From the NCBI GenBank assembly GCA_963707025.1, contig CAVPOM010000015.1:192001-256000 (forward strand): a DNA stretch of 64,000 nt, written 5' to 3'. How positions within the stretch are numbered: the stretch's first letter is position 1; the number at the start of each line of letters is the position of its first letter. A program made the position numbers and the translations under genes. The notes under the pieces were generated by a model. It saw only the letters and a list, made by a program, of their open reading frames with translations. It did not search any database and was not told where the DNA came from. Of this stretch, positions 62,987-64,000 are shown piece after piece. This DNA is from an uncultured Verrucomicrobiae bacterium. Its GTDB lineage: Bacteria; Verrucomicrobiota; Verrucomicrobiia; Limisphaerales; Palsa-1400.

Positions 62987-64000
62987 ATGAAAAGGGTGAT
63001 GATCGTCGCGAGGATTGTTTCGATGGTGGCGCTGTTAGCAGCGCCGGCAGTGGTGCAAGCCCAATACAGTTTCACCACGAATGCTGACGGCATCACTGTC
63101 ACCCTCACCGGGTATTCAGGCGTTGGGGGAAATATAACCATTCCAGCCACGAACGACACCGGCCTGACCGTCACGAGCATCGGGACCAATGCGTTCGCCA
63201 ACCTCACCAACCTGACCGGCGTCGCGATTCCAGGCAGCGTCACCGAGGTCGGGGATTCTGCGTTCCAGAACTGCTACTTTCTGATAAATGCCACCTTTGC
63301 CAACGGCCTGGTCAGCATCGGGGACTATACGTTCGAAGCCTGCACTAGCCTGACCAGCGTCACCATCCCTGGCACTGTCACCAACATTGGGGATTCTGCG
63401 TTCGGGAACTGCTACAGGCTGACAAACGCCACGTTGCTCAACTGCCTGCTCAGCATCGGGGATTCGGCGTTCTCTGGGTGCATTAGCCTAACCAGCATCG
63501 CGATTCCCGCCGGCGTCACCAATATCGGGGATTCTGCTTTCGCGGGATGCACCAGCCTGACCAATCTTATCATCCCCACCAGCCTGACCAGCATTGGCAA
63601 CTCTGTATTCATGAATTGCAGCGCCTTGCCCAAGCTCACGATTCCAGGCAGCGTCACGAGCATTGGAGACAATGCGTTTTCTTGGTGCAATCACTTGACG
63701 AACATGACGATTCCCGCCAGCGTCACCAATTTCGCGGCTGATGCTTTCGAAGCAACCCTCCTGACCAGCCTCCACTTCCAAGGCAATGCTCCAACCATTA
63801 GTCCGCCCAATGGGCCGCCTGTCGGAATTCCCCTCATGGGGACGGTCTATTATTTACCGGGTACGACCGGGTGGAGCAACTCCTTCGACGGATGTCCCGC
63901 CGTTCTCTGGAACCCGCTAATCCAAACCGGCGATGGCAGCTTTGGCGTGCAGAACGGTCAATTTGGCTTCAACATCACCGGCACCACCAATATCCCCATC
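62987..64000 (+). CDS. BspA-type leucine-rich-repeat (LRR_5) surface protein, runs off the right edge
   Basis: Hand translation MKRVMIVARIVSMVALLAAPAVVQAQY... with repeated LTSVTIPGTVTNIGDSAF..C units; ends ...GQFGFNITGTTNIPI. Confidence 0.9.
   Translation, partial: MKRVMIVARIVSMVALLAAPAVVQAQYSFTTNADGITVTLTGYSGVGGNITIPATNDTGLTVTSIGTNAFANLTNLTGVAIPGSVTEVGDSAFQNCYFLINATFANGLVSIGDYTFEACTSLTSVTIPGTVTNIGDSAFGNCYRLTNATLLNCLLSIGDSAFSGCISLTSIAIPAGVTNIGDSAFAGCTSLTNLIIPTSLTSIGNSVFMNCSALPKLTIPGSVTSIGDNAFSWCNHLTNMTIPASVTNFAADAFEATLLTSLHFQGNAPTISPPNGPPVGIPLMGTVYYLPGTTGWSNSFDGCPAVLWNPLIQTGDGSFGVQNGQFGFNITGTTNIPI

Overview
GC-rich bacterial chromosomal window. Its gene content (Ser/Thr kinase with an ECF sigma, DUF1573 paralogs, prepilin with H-X-D[GS]H tail, TN-rich secreted proteins) suggests Verrucomicrobiota subdivision 3 (Pedosphaera/Limisphaerales-like); this is an inference. 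Housekeeping genes: argA-gltX, acnA, metF, lhgO, trpS, kdsD. Signalling: CheB/CheR-PAS, histidine kinase and NarL regulator; ECF sigma plus STK. Secreted proteins: GH44, C1/S9/S10 peptidases, GH42-like hydrolase, serpin, CAP, IgGFc-binding and BspA proteins. An accessory zone (about 32.4-50.8 kb) holds a decaying toxin-antitoxin cluster, two IS3 copies, a type II R-M pair and a 5.1-kb IS1-family element with passenger genes (29-bp TIRs, 8-bp TSD). That element carries a nested IS4, five small ORFs and three predicted structured RNAs, two of which share the motif GCnTCATTAGCnnGAGACA inside unrelated stems. This is the best candidate for an undescribed system. Two IS630 copies, REP-bearing MITEs and inverted microsatellites are also present. 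About ten genes are split by single-base frameshifts, nine of them one base short, which most likely reflects long-read consensus error. No rRNA, tRNA or CRISPR array was seen. All family assignments come from motif recognition by eye, not database searches.
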